Shown here: positions 18,922 to 27,095 of the stretch, piece after piece
Numbering within the stretch: position 1 is the first letter of the stretch
Layout: every line of letters begins with the position of its first letter
Source of the DNA: Elusimicrobiota bacterium
Lineage (GTDB): Bacteria; Elusimicrobiota; Endomicrobiia; CG1-02-37-114; JAHJSO01
Length of the DNA: 64,000 nt
Assembly: GCA_043826435.1 (NCBI GenBank)
Contig: JBDRQF010000037.1
Location: forward strand, 32,001-96,000
Reading direction: 5' to 3'
Translations under genes and position numbers: made by a program
The notes under the pieces: model-generated
Seen by the model: the letters and a program-made list of their open reading frames with translations, nothing else
Databases searched by the model: none
Told to the model about the DNA's origin: nothing

Positions 18922-19725
18922 ATGAAAATGAAAAAGACAAAAAGAAAGATTATCAGGATTGACGAGGAAAAATGCAACGGATGTAAAGAGTGCATCCCCG
19001 GTTGCCCGGAGCAGGCGATTCAGATTGTTGACACGCCGAAGGGTCCCAAAGCGCGGCTGGTAAAGGAATTTTACTGTGATGGATTAGGAGCATGTCTGGG
19101 TTCCTGTCCGACGGGCGCTCTCACAATTGAGGAAAGAGAAGCCGATGTATACGATGAAGAGGCGACGATTGCCCGGATAAAGGAAGTATCACCCGATATG
19201 CTGGAGACACATCTAAAACACCTGAAAGAACATGCCCAGGAATTACCAGGACATCATTCACACCATGCACTTGGTATGTCCGGTTGTCCGGGGGCAAAGG
19301 TTATGTCCTGGGGTGAAAAGAAAGAGAAGACAGAAAAAAAACAGCCACAGCAGAAGCAGGGGTCGGAACTCAGGCAGTGGCCTGTTCAACTGACACTGGT
19401 AAATCCTTCCGCCCCTTATTTTGAAGGCGCCGACCTTGTGATTGCAGCGGACTGTGTTCCTTTTGCTTATGCAAACTTTCATCAGGACTTTCTGGTCGGG
19501 AAGACGCTGGCTATAGGGTGTCCGAAACTTGATGACATAGATTTTTATAGACAGAAACTGGTTGAGATATTCAAGACCGCGGGGATTAAAAGTGTTACGG
19601 TAGCGAATATGGAAGTGCCGTGCTGTTTTGGTCTGCAACATCTGGTCAAAGAGGCGATAAAGGAGTCGGGTAAAAAAATACCTTATTGTGAAATTGTAGT
19701 GAGCATAAAAGGCGAAATACAATAA
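18922..19725 (+). CDS. 4Fe-4S dicluster protein with C-terminal Cys-containing domain
   Basis: CNGCKECIPGCP, CDGLGACLGSCP, LRQWPVQL, AADC, GCPKLD, MEVPCC. Confidence 0.88.
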   Translation: MKMKKTKRKIIRIDEEKCNGCKECIPGCPEQAIQIVDTPKGPKARLVKEFYCDGLGACLGSCPTGALTIEEREADVYDEEATIARIKEVSPDMLETHLKHLKEHAQELPGHHSHHALGMSGCPGAKVMSWGEKKEKTEKKQPQQKQGSELRQWPVQLTLVNPSAPYFEGADLVIAADCVPFAYANFHQDFLVGKTLAIGCPKLDDIDFYRQKLVEIFKTAGIKSVTVANMEVPCCFGLQHLVKEAIKESGKKIPYCEIVVSIKGEIQ

Positions 19726-19737
19726 TCAGGTGATTTT

Positions 19738-19989
19738 ATGGATGTAAAGTGTCCGGGGTCCGACCCGCGGTTGCTGAAGGTTGAGATTCACAAATGCCCG
19801 GAGTGCGGGTATGAAGTGGAGATTTTTTCAGACGAAATAAAGGTTCTCTGTCCGAAGTGCCGTAAGACCGTTTACCGTGAAAAAACGCCTTCCTGCATTG
19901 ACTGGTGTAAACATGCCAGGCAGTGCCTCGGCGAAATTCGCTGGCAGGAACTGAAAAAACGCATGGATGAAATGGATGAAAAGAAATGA
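19738..19989 (+). CDS. Small Cys-rich zinc-ribbon hypothetical protein
   Basis: CPG, CPEC, EIFSDE, CPKC, CIDWC, QCLG; AGGTG RBS. Confidence 0.8.
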   Translation: MDVKCPGSDPRLLKVEIHKCPECGYEVEIFSDEIKVLCPKCRKTVYREKTPSCIDWCKHARQCLGEIRWQELKKRMDEMDEKK

Positions 19990-20701
19990 AATAGGGCTTT
20001 CAGATAAAGAAACACCTCTCTGCGTTCGGGCGCATAGGTTGCAAAGCACTTTACCAGAGGTGCCTTGTGTATATGCGCCCCTACATTTTTACGCAGAACG
20101 GAAGCGCGCAATTGTGAAACGGCTCGGCGAGTTCCGGGACGTCTGGAAAACGAAATCGGAAAAAAAATTATTTTCAGAGTTAAGTTTCTGCCTGCTGACT
20201 CCGCAGTCAAAGGCGAAGGCGTGCTGGGATGCGGTCCTCAAACTTAATAAAAATGGGGTTTTGTTAAACGGTTCCCGACGGCAGGTCAGGGAATGCCTTG
20301 CGGGCGTGCGGTTCGCCAATAATAAAGCCGGGTATGTCGTCAGGGCGAGGAAAAATCTCCCGGGACTTAAATCAATTCTCAAAAAATATGCTCGCGGGGA
20401 AATGGATATACCGGAAGTCAGGACATGGCTTGTCAGGAATGTGCGCGGTTTCGGCTACAAAGAGGCGGGACATTTTTTAAGAAACGTAGGGCTCGGCGAC
20501 GAAATCGCAATCCTTGACAGGCACATACTCAAAAACATGAAATTATTAGGGCTGATAAGAGAAATACCGGCATGCCTTACGCCGAAAAGATATGCGGCGG
20601 TTGAGAATAAACTCAGGGCGTTTTCTCAAAAGACGGGTATCCCGATTGCGCATCTGGACCTTTTATTCTGGTCAAAGGAAACGGGAGAGGTGTTCAGGTA
20701 A
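19967..20701 (+). CDS. ogg: 8-oxoguanine DNA glycosylase/AP lyase (archaeal/Thermotoga type); true start probably further downstream
   Basis: ELSFCLLTPQS, RFANNKA, GFGYKEAGHFLRNVG, AILDRHIL, LDLLFW. Confidence 0.88.
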   Translation: MKWMKRNEIGLSDKETPLCVRAHRLQSTLPEVPCVYAPLHFYAERKRAIVKRLGEFRDVWKTKSEKKLFSELSFCLLTPQSKAKACWDAVLKLNKNGVLLNGSRRQVRECLAGVRFANNKAGYVVRARKNLPGLKSILKKYARGEMDIPEVRTWLVRNVRGFGYKEAGHFLRNVGLGDEIAILDRHILKNMKLLGLIREIPACLTPKRYAAVENKLRAFSQKTGIPIAHLDLLFWSKETGEVFR

Positions 20702-23064
20702 TGTTTAATCTGCCTCAGAAGGTTATTCAGGACATACCGAAATACAGGGAGAACCTTGAAAAATTTCTTTCGGGCGAAATGAAAGAAGCATTTTTCAGGG
20801 GTATCCGTGTCCCGTGGGGTAACTATTCCCAGAGGGGAGGGATGTTCCTGATGTCACGGTTGCGGGTCCCTGCAGGACTGCTTGCACCGTCGCAACTGAG
20901 GGCAATCGGCGAGGCCGCGGAAAAATTCGCCGATTCTAAATTGCACCTGACCACGAGGCAGGATGTCCAGATTCACAACGTGAGTTATGAAAATTCAGCG
21001 AAGATAATTGAATACCTTGCAAACTTCAATATTTCGCCGCGCGGCGGAGGCGGCAATACCGTCAGGAACGTAACCTCCTGCTATCTTTCGGGCATATGCC
21101 CGCACGAGAACGTTGAAGTCCACAAGACCGCATGCGGCCTGACCGAATATCTCCTTTGCATTGACGACACATACGGACTGCCGAGGAAATTAAAAATTGC
21201 GTTCTCCGGGTGCGAGAAGGACTGTGATTTTACGGGGATAAACGACATAGGGTTTGTTGCGATGAAGGACGGAACTTTCAAAGTCCTGTGCGGCGGTGGT
21301 ATGGGTGCAAAATGTTCGGTCGGCAGGGTCTTGCAGGAAGGCGTCAGCAGGGGAGATGTAGGATATGTCGTCCGGGCTGTTATGAACCTTTTCAATAAAT
21401 ACGGCGACAGGAAAAACAGGAACCGCAACCGGCTGAGATTTTTAATTCAGGACACCGGATGGGAGAGGTTTGTTGAACTTTACAGGCAGGAACTGAAAAG
21501 AACAAAGGACGCCGAATATATCGTTTTAAGAGAAGAGGATGAGGCAGGGTTACCGCCGGCAGACCGTCAAGCGCAACCCTCCGCGGATATCGGGCAGGGC
21601 GACGCCGGGTGGGATGCTTTTGTTCAATACAACACAGGCAGGCAGAAACAACAGGGTTACCATTATGTACAAATCAGGATACCTTTCGGCGAGATTGACG
21701 CCCGGACGCTTACCGGACTAGCGGAGATTGCAGAAATTTCGCCGGCGATAAACTTCAGGACGTCAAGGAGACAGAACCTGATTATTTCAAACGTGCCGTC
21801 ATCCATGGTTTACCCCGTCTATAAAAAACTTCAGGGTATGTTAAAAGATTATTTATATCCGGAAACACTGTTGGATATAGTGAGTTGCAAGGCGTCAACA
21901 ACGTGCAATCTGGGCATATGCAATGCGATTGGTATGGCTCCCGAGATTGTGAAAAAATTACGGAAGGTGCAACCCGGCATTGATAAACTTAAAGACATCA
22001 GAATAAACGTAAACGGATGTCTGAACGCCTGCGGCCACCACCCCGTCGGCGATGTGTCGTTTTCGGGTATGGCGAGAAAGGTGCAGGGCAGGACGGTTCC
22101 GTTTTACAGGGTTCACATGGGAGGGCGGCCGGATGCAGAAAACACGAAACTGGCGCAGGAGGCAGGAGTGGTTCCTGCACGGGCAGTGCCCGGGCTTATT
22201 TCTGATTTTGTTTCGTCAATGCCTGAAAATACGTCCGTTGATGTGCAGGCATGGATTTCAGATGGGGGAAGGGCTGTAATGGAAGGACTTGTCCGGAAAT
22301 ATTCTTATATTCCCCGGTATGAAGAAGACAGGAGTTATTACGTTGATTTTGGCAGGACGGATGATTTTTCTCTTGAGGGCCTCTCGCAGGGTGAATGTGG
22401 CGCAGGCGTTATAGATATGATTGAGTCGGACATTGAGTCGGCCGGAGCGTCGCTTACAATGGCGAAAGAGAACGGGTTTAATCCCGGTGAAATAAAAAAG
22501 GCGATGCTTTATTCAGCCGGGGCATTGCTGATTGTTAAAGGTGTTGACCCGAAAAACGAAACGGATACGTTCGTTTCGTTCGTCAAAAGGTTTGTGGATA
22601 CAGGTGTATGCGACCCGGAGTTCAGGTCTATAACCGGCGTATATAATGCGATTGTATCCGGCGGCGGGCACGGCAAAGAAGAAACATGGGACTATGCGAA
22701 CAGATTTTATAATGAGGTAAAAAGGATTTATTCAACGATGGACAGTAACTTTAATTTTCCCGTGAAAGAGGGGGCGTTTCCACCAGGGGCGCTTTCTGCC
22801 GATGTTTCTGTTCCGGATGAAAACGTAACACCGGGCCCTGCCCCGCTGATTTATGATTTAAGGGGAACGCCCTGCCCCATAAATTATGTCAAGACAAAAA
22901 TTAAACTTGAGGAACTTAATACCGGCGACGTGCTTGAAGTTTATCTGGATGACGGAGAGCCGATAGTGAACGTGCCAAAGAGTCTGGAAGGCGACGGCCA
23001 CAAAATATTAAACATTCAAAGGGTTGATAATTATTTCAAGGTTGCAGTTAAAAAAGAGAGGTAA
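20701..23064 (+). CDS. sir: Siroheme sulfite/nitrite reductase with C-terminal TusA domain
   Basis: RLRVPAG, HLTTRQDVQ, VRNV, LPRKLKIAFSGC, NGCLNACGHH; C-terminal DLRGTPCPINYVK. Confidence 0.9.
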   Translation: MFNLPQKVIQDIPKYRENLEKFLSGEMKEAFFRGIRVPWGNYSQRGGMFLMSRLRVPAGLLAPSQLRAIGEAAEKFADSKLHLTTRQDVQIHNVSYENSAKIIEYLANFNISPRGGGGNTVRNVTSCYLSGICPHENVEVHKTACGLTEYLLCIDDTYGLPRKLKIAFSGCEKDCDFTGINDIGFVAMKDGTFKVLCGGGMGAKCSVGRVLQEGVSRGDVGYVVRAVMNLFNKYGDRKNRNRNRLRFLIQDTGWERFVELYRQELKRTKDAEYIVLREEDEAGLPPADRQAQPSADIGQGDAGWDAFVQYNTGRQKQQGYHYVQIRIPFGEIDARTLTGLAEIAEISPAINFRTSRRQNLIISNVPSSMVYPVYKKLQGMLKDYLYPETLLDIVSCKASTTCNLGICNAIGMAPEIVKKLRKVQPGIDKLKDIRINVNGCLNACGHHPVGDVSFSGMARKVQGRTVPFYRVHMGGRPDAENTKLAQEAGVVPARAVPGLISDFVSSMPENTSVDVQAWISDGGRAVMEGLVRKYSYIPRYEEDRSYYVDFGRTDDFSLEGLSQGECGAGVIDMIESDIESAGASLTMAKENGFNPGEIKKAMLYSAGALLIVKGVDPKNETDTFVSFVKRFVDTGVCDPEFRSITGVYNAIVSGGGHGKEETWDYANRFYNEVKRIYSTMDSNFNFPVKEGAFPPGALSADVSVPDENVTPGPAPLIYDLRGTPCPINYVKTKIKLEELNTGDVLEVYLDDGEPIVNVPKSLEGDGHKILNIQRVDNYFKVAVKKER

Positions 23065-23067
23065 GTT

Positions 23068-23358
23068 ATGACGGTAAAAGTTTTTCTTAATGGCAAAGAA
23101 GAGGAACTGGACGGCATAGGAAGCATCCTTGAACTTCTCAATAAAAAGAAAATTCGCCCGGAGGTTGTGACGATAGAAGTGAATGATAAAATTATACCGC
23201 GGGGCGAATACGGGAAGACAGTTCTGAAAAACGGCGACCGCATAGAAATGGTTTTTTTTATGGGCGGTGGTCGACGTGCGAGAAATAACGAGCACATGTC
23301 TGTCCGACGGGCGCGAGATGTGAGCGCCCACATACGGATCCGCAAGGGGGCTATATGA
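23068..23358 (+). CDS. thiS: ThiS/HcyS-like ubiquitin-fold sulfur carrier with 28-aa C-terminal extension
   Basis: LNGK...IEVNDKII...LKNGDRIEMVFFMGGG (aa 1-68), reading on to aa 96. Confidence 0.88.
   Translation: MTVKVFLNGKEEELDGIGSILELLNKKKIRPEVVTIEVNDKIIPRGEYGKTVLKNGDRIEMVFFMGGGRRARNNEHMSVRRARDVSAHIRIRKGAI
23309..23329. repeat. Small hairpin repeat, family B
   Basis: GGGCGC-GAGATGTGA-GCGCCC; 19 bp identical to 63668-63686. Confidence 0.6.
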
Positions 23359-24314
23359 GTTTGTCCGACGACAACAGAGAAAGGAAATCCGGCATCAGGA
23401 TAGCCGGGAACGTTCTGGAGTTGTTTTTTAATACGCCGGTTGTCCGTCTGAACCGCATCCCGGATGAGGGCGCTGAGATTTATGCAAAATTAGAGGCGTT
23501 CTCGCCGGGGGGCAGCGTAAAAGACAGGGTCGCCCTCAGCATGATTCAGGAAGGCGAAAAGGCGGGCATGCTTAAACCGGGGTCAATCATCGTTGAGCCG
23601 ACGAGCGGGAACACGGGCATAGGTTTCGCCATCGTCTGCGCGGTTAAGGGTTACAGGTGCGTACTCACAATGCCCGAATCAATGAGTTTAGAAAGGATTT
23701 ACATACTGAAATCATTGGGCGCAGAGGTCATCCTTACCCCGGCTACTGAAGGTATGGCTGGAGCAGTAAAAAAAGCCGAAGAGATTGTCAAAAAAAACAA
23801 AAACGCCCACATGCCGCAGCAGTTTAAAAACCCGGCAAACCCTGACATCCACAGGGAAACTACCGCCCTGGAAATAATTGAATGCATGGGCGACGGGTTT
23901 GACGCGTTTGTCGCAGGCGTGGGTACCGGCGGAACGATTACAGGCGTCGGGGAAGTCCTTAAGAAAAAATATCCGTCAATAAAGATAGTCGCCGTTGAGC
24001 CGGAAAGTTCGGCAGTGCTGTCGGGTGGCCCGGCTGGCCCTCATAAAATACAGGGCATAGGAGCAGGATTTATCCCTGACATATTAAACCGTGAGATAAT
24101 TGACCGTATTATTACCGTGAGGGATGAAGACGCATACAGGACAGCGCAACTCCTGGCGAAGAAGGAAGGGATTTTTTGCGGTATATCGTCGGGCGCTGCG
24201 TGTTTCGCATCAATAAAACTGGCGAAAGAATTGGGCAGGGGGAAAAAGATTGTAGTTATATTCCCCGATACGGGCGAGAGATATTTCAGTATACAGCAGT
24301 ATTTTGAAATCTAG
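23355..24314 (+). CDS. cysK: Cysteine synthase A (PLP)
   Basis: PGGSVKDR, EPTSGNTG, QQFKNPAN, GVGTGGT, PHKIQGIG, GISSGA. Confidence 0.95.
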   Translation: MSLSDDNRERKSGIRIAGNVLELFFNTPVVRLNRIPDEGAEIYAKLEAFSPGGSVKDRVALSMIQEGEKAGMLKPGSIIVEPTSGNTGIGFAIVCAVKGYRCVLTMPESMSLERIYILKSLGAEVILTPATEGMAGAVKKAEEIVKKNKNAHMPQQFKNPANPDIHRETTALEIIECMGDGFDAFVAGVGTGGTITGVGEVLKKKYPSIKIVAVEPESSAVLSGGPAGPHKIQGIGAGFIPDILNREIIDRIITVRDEDAYRTAQLLAKKEGIFCGISSGAACFASIKLAKELGRGKKIVVIFPDTGERYFSIQQYFEI

Positions 24315-24335
24315 TAATACCGGAGGATTCAGGAT

Positions 24336-25565
24336 ATGGGTTACGTCAGGGGACTAAAATGCAGGGAGTGCGAACGCAAATACCCGGCAGAACCGCTATA
24401 CGTGTGTGAGTATTGTTTCGGCCCGCTTGAGGTTGATTATGATTATGAGGGGATAAAAAATGTTTTGTCCAGAGACGTCCTCACCTCAAGGGCCGAAAAC
24501 ATCTGGCGTTACAGGGAACTTCTGCCTATTGACGGCAACCCGATAGTAGGGCTGCAATCCGGCTGGACCCCGCTTATCAGGGCGGACAACCTGGCGGGAG
24601 AGCTTGGTGTAAAGGAGTTATACGTAAAGGATGACTCTGTCTGTCACCCGACGCTTTCCTTCAAGGACAGGGTTGTCTCGGTGGCGATATCAAAGGCGGC
24701 CGAGTTCGGTTTTGACACGGTTGCGTGTGCATCAACGGGGAATCTGGCAAACTCTGTTTCGGCCCAGGCAGCAAAAGCAAAAATGAAGTGTTTTGTTTTT
24801 ATTCCTGCCGACCTTGAATCGGGAAAGATTATCGCTGCAATTATTTATGGCCCGAATGTGGTTGCGGTTGAGGGAAATTATGACGAGGTGAACCGTCTCT
24901 GCACGGAAATCACAAACAAACACAAATGGGCTTTCGTCAACATAAACATCCGTCCGTATTACGCCGAGGGCTCAAAGACCTACATATATGAAATCATTGA
25001 GCAACTGGGCTGGAAGGTGCCGCAGCACATAGTAGTCCCCGTTGCAGGCGGCTCGCTGATTTCCAAAATCCGTAAGGGAATGGTTGAATTTCAGAAGTTA
25101 GGGCTGATTAAGAATATTGACACGAAAATATACGCTGCGCAGGGGCAGGGCTGCGCACCTGTCGTTACGGCGATTAAACAGAAAAGTGAAATAATAAAAC
25201 CCGTAAAACCGAGAACGATAGCAAAATCGCTGGCGATAGGCAACCCTGCCGACGGTTATTATGCTTACAAAACAGTCACTGACAGCGGCGGGTGGGCGGA
25301 TGAAGCCACCGACGACGAAATAGTTGAAGGGATTAAACTGCTCGCCCGCACGGAGGGGATATTTACCGAGACCGCCGGCGGCGTGACCGTAGCCGTAGCA
25401 AAGAAATTAATTGAACAGGGAGTAATACCGAAAGACGAATCAATCGTTATATGCATAACAGGTAACGGGCTAAAAACTCAGGAGGCCCTTGCGGGCAGGA
25501 TAAGACAGCCGGTAAAGATAAAACCTAACATTGATTCGTTTGAAAAAATAGTCCACGAAAAATAA
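24336..25565 (+). CDS. thrC: Threonine synthase-like PLP enzyme with N-terminal zinc ribbon
   Basis: CREC...CEYC, PTLSFKDR, CASTGNLA, EGSKT, ITGNGLK; actual reaction uncertain given context. Confidence 0.82.
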   Translation: MGYVRGLKCRECERKYPAEPLYVCEYCFGPLEVDYDYEGIKNVLSRDVLTSRAENIWRYRELLPIDGNPIVGLQSGWTPLIRADNLAGELGVKELYVKDDSVCHPTLSFKDRVVSVAISKAAEFGFDTVACASTGNLANSVSAQAAKAKMKCFVFIPADLESGKIIAAIIYGPNVVAVEGNYDEVNRLCTEITNKHKWAFVNINIRPYYAEGSKTYIYEIIEQLGWKVPQHIVVPVAGGSLISKIRKGMVEFQKLGLIKNIDTKIYAAQGQGCAPVVTAIKQKSEIIKPVKPRTIAKSLAIGNPADGYYAYKTVTDSGGWADEATDDEIVEGIKLLARTEGIFTETAGGVTVAVAKKLIEQGVIPKDESIVICITGNGLKTQEALAGRIRQPVKIKPNIDSFEKIVHEK

Positions 25566-25587
25566 AAAGCGCAACGGAGGAGAAAAA

Positions 25588-26670
25588 ATGAATATTAAAG
25601 TAAGAATCCCGACGCCGTTACAGAAAATTACAAAGAATCAGACAGATATTGTTTCTGACGGACAGGATGTCAGGGAACTTATAGAAAACCTTGACAGGGA
25701 ATATCCGGGGCTGAAGGAGAGAGTCTGCGACGAGAAGGGCGATATCAGGCGGTTCATAAACATATTCGTCAACGGACAGGACATCAGGTTTCTGGAAGGG
25801 GACGGGACAAAACTTAAAGAAGGGGACGAGGTTTCCGTAATTCCGGCAATTGCTGGCGGTGTTGATTTAAGTGAAGATCAAATAGAAAGGTATTCAAGAC
25901 AGATAATACTCCCTGAAATCGGAGGTAGGGGCCAGGAAAAACTGTTGAAGGCGAAGGCGCTTGTTATCGGATGCGGCGGGCTCGGCTCACCTGCGGCATA
26001 TTACCTGGCCGGCGCTGGCGTGGGTACTATCGGGCTGGTTGACAGCGACAGGGTTGAATTAAACAACCTGCAGAGACAGATACTCCATTTCACGCGGGAT
26101 GTGGGACAACCGAAAGTTGAATCTGCAAAGGAAAAACTGTCAGCACTGAACCCGGACGTGCAGGTTAACACGTATCCGCTTCGTCTCACATCAAAAAATA
26201 TTCTTGACATTATTGCGCAATACGACATTATCATTGATGGTAGCGACAACTTCCCGACCCGTTATCTTGTGAACGATGCGTGTGTTTTTTCAAACAAACC
26301 TCTTGTCCATGCGGGTATATTGAAGTTTGACGGCCAGGCGACCACAATAATCCCGAACGAAGGGCCCTGTTACAGGTGCCTGTTCCCGGAGCCACCGCCG
26401 CCGGGCATGGTGCCGTCTTGCCAGGAGGCGGGAATCATCGGCGTGGTGGCGGGCATGTTGGGTATCGTCCAGGCGACTGAGGCGCTGAAATTTATACTTG
26501 GCGCAGGGGAGCTCCTTGTCGGTAAACTCCTTATATGTAACGCCCTGGAAATGAACTTCAGGAAACTTAACTTCCAGCGGAATCCCGGCTGCGTCGTCTG
26601 CGGGGATAAGCCGTCAATAAAGGAGTTGACTGATTACGAACAGTTCTGTGGCGTCAGGCCGCAAGGGTAA
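25588..26670 (+). CDS. moeB: MoaD/CysO-like sulfur carrier fused in frame to a MoeB/ThiF (E1-like) adenylyltransferase
   Basis: aa 1-91 end VSVIPAIAGG, then ERYSRQ, GCGGLG, NLQRQ, DGSDNF, CYRC, PSCQEAG, CVVC; no rhodanese domain. Confidence 0.92.
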   Translation: MNIKVRIPTPLQKITKNQTDIVSDGQDVRELIENLDREYPGLKERVCDEKGDIRRFINIFVNGQDIRFLEGDGTKLKEGDEVSVIPAIAGGVDLSEDQIERYSRQIILPEIGGRGQEKLLKAKALVIGCGGLGSPAAYYLAGAGVGTIGLVDSDRVELNNLQRQILHFTRDVGQPKVESAKEKLSALNPDVQVNTYPLRLTSKNILDIIAQYDIIIDGSDNFPTRYLVNDACVFSNKPLVHAGILKFDGQATTIIPNEGPCYRCLFPEPPPPGMVPSCQEAGIIGVVAGMLGIVQATEALKFILGAGELLVGKLLICNALEMNFRKLNFQRNPGCVVCGDKPSIKELTDYEQFCGVRPQG

Positions 26671-26677
26671 CTAATGC

Positions 26678-26831
26678 AGTGTCCCATAAATCTCTTGACA
26701 TTTGAATACCCATTGGATTGTCATTGCGAGGGACGAAGTCCCGAAGCAATCCCCTTGTCTTATGAGATTGCTTCGTCGCTGACGCTCCTCGCAATGACAA
26801 CCATGATTGTAGAGATCTGTTAGGGACGCTA
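26678..26831. mobile_element. MITE-like element with an internal REP-like palindrome
   Basis: Imperfect outer inverted repeats (AGTGTCCCATAAATCTCT / AGAGATCTGTTAGGGACGCT) around the 26718-26800 palindrome. Confidence 0.45.
26718..26800. repeat. REP-like branched palindrome, family C
   Basis: TTGTCATTGCGAGG...CGAAGCAATC...GATTGCTTCG...CCTCGCAATGACAA. Confidence 0.85.
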
Positions 26832-26846
26832 CACTAAGGAGACAAT

Positions 26847-27086
26847 ATGGCGAAAAAAATCGTTAAACTTATTTTTCCGCAGCGTCTGATTAAAGAACCG
26901 CTGACTTTTAAAATGGCAAAAAAATTTAACGTTATTCCGAACATCCGTCGGGCAAGGGTAACTGATACAATCGGAGAATTAGTCCTTGAACTGGACGGCG
27001 AAGAAAAGAACGTAGCCATGGGTATTGACTATCTTGTGAAAGCAGGGGTGGACGTCAGGCCTGTTGAAGGCGATATCCTGGATTAA
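26847..27086 (+). CDS. Stand-alone NIL-domain protein
   Basis: KLIFPQRLIKEP...FNVIPNIRRA...GELVLELDG...GIDYL...GVDV; AAGGAG RBS. Confidence 0.85.
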   Translation: MAKKIVKLIFPQRLIKEPLTFKMAKKFNVIPNIRRARVTDTIGELVLELDGEEKNVAMGIDYLVKAGVDVRPVEGDILD

Positions 27087-27095
27087 CATATTGAT

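Noticed and set aside
11805..26670. Ubl, E1 and JAB genes as an antiphage ubiquitination system (Bil/CBASS-like)
   Set aside because: No E2, cyclase or effector genes; neighbours are sulfur-assimilation enzymes
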